Positions 60,733 to 64,000 of a stretch of 64,000 nt of DNA are shown here, piece by piece. A model generated the notes under the pieces. It had not been told where the DNA came from. It searched no databases and saw only the letters and a list, made by a program, of their open reading frames with translations. Positions within the stretch are counted from its first letter, which is position 1; each line of letters starts with the position of its first letter. The translations under genes were made by a program, and so were the position numbers. Source of the stretch: the human T2T-CHM13v2.0 reference genome, Homo sapiens; NCBI RefSeq assembly GCF_009914755.1, contig NC_060944.1. The stretch is one strand, 5' to 3'.

Positions 60733-62032
60733 AATGACACTTTTAAAAATGGAGGGAGGAGAGTAGTTATGATATATCAGTTTACTGTAAGAATAATTTT
60801 GACAGATGGGATATTTTCGCATGTCAGCATCATTCAAATTTTTTATTATGTTAAACTGATTAACAGTAATTACATATAAAAAGTGGACATTCAAGTCATT
60901 CAGATAAAGCCACTACCCCGCTCTGTGGGTTTGTCAGAAGGTGTCAAGTCCTACCTTCTCAGTAGGCGTCTACACAGCCTGGCGCTGTATCCCTCTCCAC
61001 CCGCCCCCTCGCAGTGTACACTATACTTCCACTGTTCCAGCTCTTTGTCTGTCCCCAGATGGAACCATGCTTCTCCTGTTTCTGCTGCTAGGCCACAATT
61101 CCTCCAGATATCTCCACACTGGTACCTTTTTCTGCAGTTCTTGGTTCAAATGTTTCTTTGCAGAGAGACTTTCTCAAATGGCAGAGTAGTTTCTATCTTT
61201 TTTCCTTTTTTTTTTCTTTTAATGTGTGGCACCATCATTCTGAAAATATCTTATTCTTGTGATTACTTGTTTATAACTTGTTTCGTCCCCACACAGGGGC
61301 CGCATCTCTGTTATTTCTCCAAGCACCTGGCATAGAGGAGATATTCAACAACTTTATAGAATGAGTTAATATTTTGCAGACTAAATAGTTGGGCAATAGA
61401 AGGTTGCATATATATTCTTATTTTTTAAATTGGGGAAACAGTAAAGTTCAGACCCATTCACTTTAAATATTCATCCAAAAGATATTTATTAAGCATTTAG
61501 TATGTGTCAGGCACTGCGCTGCATACTAAGGATACAGAGTGAACAGGAAGGTAGCCAGGAACCCTGTGCTGGGAATGGACAGGCCTCCAGGTGCCTAAGA
61601 AGATCAGAGTAAAATCAGGAACCAAATGATCTGGAAGCTAAGTTGCCAAAATACTGTGGGTAGGATTCTGGGCATTTTTCTTCAATAATTCTATAGTGAT
61701 ACCTAAAGCCAGTGTGGAGATTAAAGGATGAGACTATCAGAGGTAAGGGGAGCTTTAGGACACAAAGCTAGTCATTGCACCAATGCCAGAGTTTCCACGA
61801 GAAAGAAAAACTAAAAAGCAGCAAAACACAAGTCCCTGGATTAGTTGGTTAAACAATAGTCCCTCATCTTCCTAAACGCTTCCTCAGATATGTCATTGAA
61901 AACCCCAGCTGGGAAGACCCCTCTGAGTTCCAAGACTGACTAATGAAATGATATTTCTACCTTTGATCTGTTGCAATAAAATTAAGATGTGAGTAGAAGA
62001 GAACAGAGATATCTCTATAAAGTTCCCTGTTA

Positions 62033-62707
62033 CAGCTCAGTCAGCCCTTTGTATCCATGGGTTCCACATCCATGGACTCAACCAACTGCAGATCAGAAAT
62101 ATTTGGGGGAAAAAACGGTGTCTGTACTGAACGTGTATAGATTTTTGTCCTTGTCGTTATTCCCTAAATCATTGAGTTAGGTATTATCATTATTCCCTAA
62201 ATTTACATTGAGTTAGGTATTATAACTAGCCTAGAGATGATTCACAGTGTATAAGTGGATGTGCAACGGGCATATGCAAATACTACACCCCTTTTTTGTT
62301 TTTTGTTTTTTGAGACAGAGTCTTGCTCTGTCACCCGGGCTGGAGTACAGTGACGCAATCTAGGCTCACTGCAGTCTTCGCCTCCTGTGTTCCAGTGATT
62401 CTCCTGCCTCAGCCTCCCTGGTAGCTGAGATTACAGGCATGCGCCACTGCGCCCAGCTAATTTTCGTGTTTTTAGTACAGATGGGGTTTCACCATGTTGG
62501 CCAGGCTAGTCTGAAACTCCTGACCTCAGGTGATCTGCCTGCCTCAGCCTCCCAAAGTGCTAGGATTACAGGCCTGAGCCATCATGCCCCGCCAGAGCCA
62601 CCACCCCTGCCTGCACCACTTTAAATAAGGAACTTGTGCATCCGTGGATTTTGGCATCCAAAGAGGGTCCTGGAACCAATCCCCCATGGATGCCTAGGGA
62701 CAACTGT
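62033..62707 (-). mobile_element. MER2-like fossil interrupted by an AluS (62293-62594, minus strand)
   Basis: gtatccatgggttccacatccatggactcaaccaac ... gtcctggaaccaatcccccatggat...caactgta. Confidence 0.85.
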
Positions 62708-64000
62708 ATTATATTAGGTTGCTAATCAATTCGTGTACACTTTACCCAGTTTTATACCATATTGAACTATTGATATTTGATTTGACATACCTGTGGCCAT
62801 TTTTGAACAAGGCCATTCTGAACTAATATGTCTTGATGTGAGAGCATATTCCCTAGTGGCATCTTTGTTTCTATGGAATGCTCTGATTCAATTTATATCC
62901 CTTTGATTTATATCCTGTTTCCATCAGGGAACAAGCTCTCAGCACTAACGCCTTCTACACAGGAATGCCTCTACCATCTCTTTCAGATAGTTCAGAAGGC
63001 CCTTGAAGATCTTACACATTCTAAATACCCTGGGACACTTTCCACCATATCACAAGGTCATTACAATTGTCTGCCAGTGATAATTTTGTTCCTTAGGTTC
63101 CTTAACATTTACTCCTGGTTCTCGGTGGGTTTGTCAGCATCTCACAGGGTTGGCAATGACACCCACTATACTTCTCTCTATCCCGCCTTGGGGAATCAGT
63201 TTAACATCTTATCTCCTTGCTTGTTGGAATTGACACATCCAGCATTCAGACTGTCCATGCTACATGTAGGATAACCAACAAACAAAATTGCGTTTTTTGA
63301 AACTTAAAAGCTCAATACCTTTATTTACTATTAGACTGCAGATTGTTGGGCCTGTAAGTAGGACACACATTGCCTAGAGTGGTCCGGCTCTGTCCTTTGC
63401 CATCTGGCTGCATGAATCAATGTCAGCTGGATACAAATATATCTCTGGAAAGGGGACATTGGGAAAAAGGGTGGATACACTAAGCATAGACCCCAGAACC
63501 TGTTCTCAGAAAAATATTTTCATGGTAAATCCTGAGATATTAAAGGACAGGTTTAAAATGCTGGCTGCATGCTTTCTCTGTCTTTTATTTTCATTGGATG
63601 CTAGAATTTGAATGGGCCCTGTTTCTGCTTTATTAATCCATATTTTGTGGCAGGAGAAATTCAGGAGAACTCAGGAATGGCAGGAAGTGGATGAGAAAGA
63701 GTGTGTGATAGAAACTGCAAGTAGCCTTAAGGGCAAAACAAGAATAATGCTACTGAGATGATGAGGCTTGCATATCCAGCTGGCTACTGTATTCTGGCCA
63801 CCAGAATTGGATTTCAGCTTGGATTTTCGAGGCTTAGCAGTACAATGAGGACTGGGATTCATAAATTATAATTATAAGTGTTATTTATTAAAAGGTAGTT
63901 TTGGTCTCAGAAGGAACCAAATAATAATAATGCATGCATCACTGAAAGATAAAAATCCATAAAAAATAATTGGGGAATATGAGATAAGGGGAAAATTGAG

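Noticed and set aside
60883-61335. 150-aa ORF
   Set aside because: Non-ATG start; overlaps L2-like remnant; no homology recognised

Overview
Human genomic DNA from the 3' part of PLCB1 (phospholipase C beta-1, chr20p12), transcribed on the + strand; identified by recognising the translated exons, not by a database search. The window holds six in-phase coding exons for the C-terminal coiled-coil (Gq-binding) domain (4348-4567, 13766-13946, 27652-27728, 27836-27925, 28721-28778, 29378-29464). It also holds the 118-nt PLCB1b-specific exon (41254-41371), which encodes the proline-rich tail GEGSSSFLSETCHEDPSVSPNFTPPNPQALKW*. The PLCB1a terminal exon is not in the window. The rest is intron dense in repeats: about 26 Alus, solo LTRs (MER11, MER4A1, MER61, THE1, MLT1, LTR16-like), DNA transposon fossils (MER2, MER5, MER33, MER63), old L1/L2/MIR and microsatellites. 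Almost all ORFs in the track are repeat-derived or chance. I found no evidence of a new gene system. The most notable unexplained structures are: (i) a composite templated insertion at 58909-59112 built from an inverted and a direct copy of two nearby sequences; (ii) three further short dispersed local duplications; (iii) candidate alternative 3' ends of PLCB1; and (iv) tightly spaced inverted Alu pairs, one of which brackets a coding exon. Repeat subfamily names come from my recall of consensus sequences, repeat boundaries are approximate, and identity counts are by eye.
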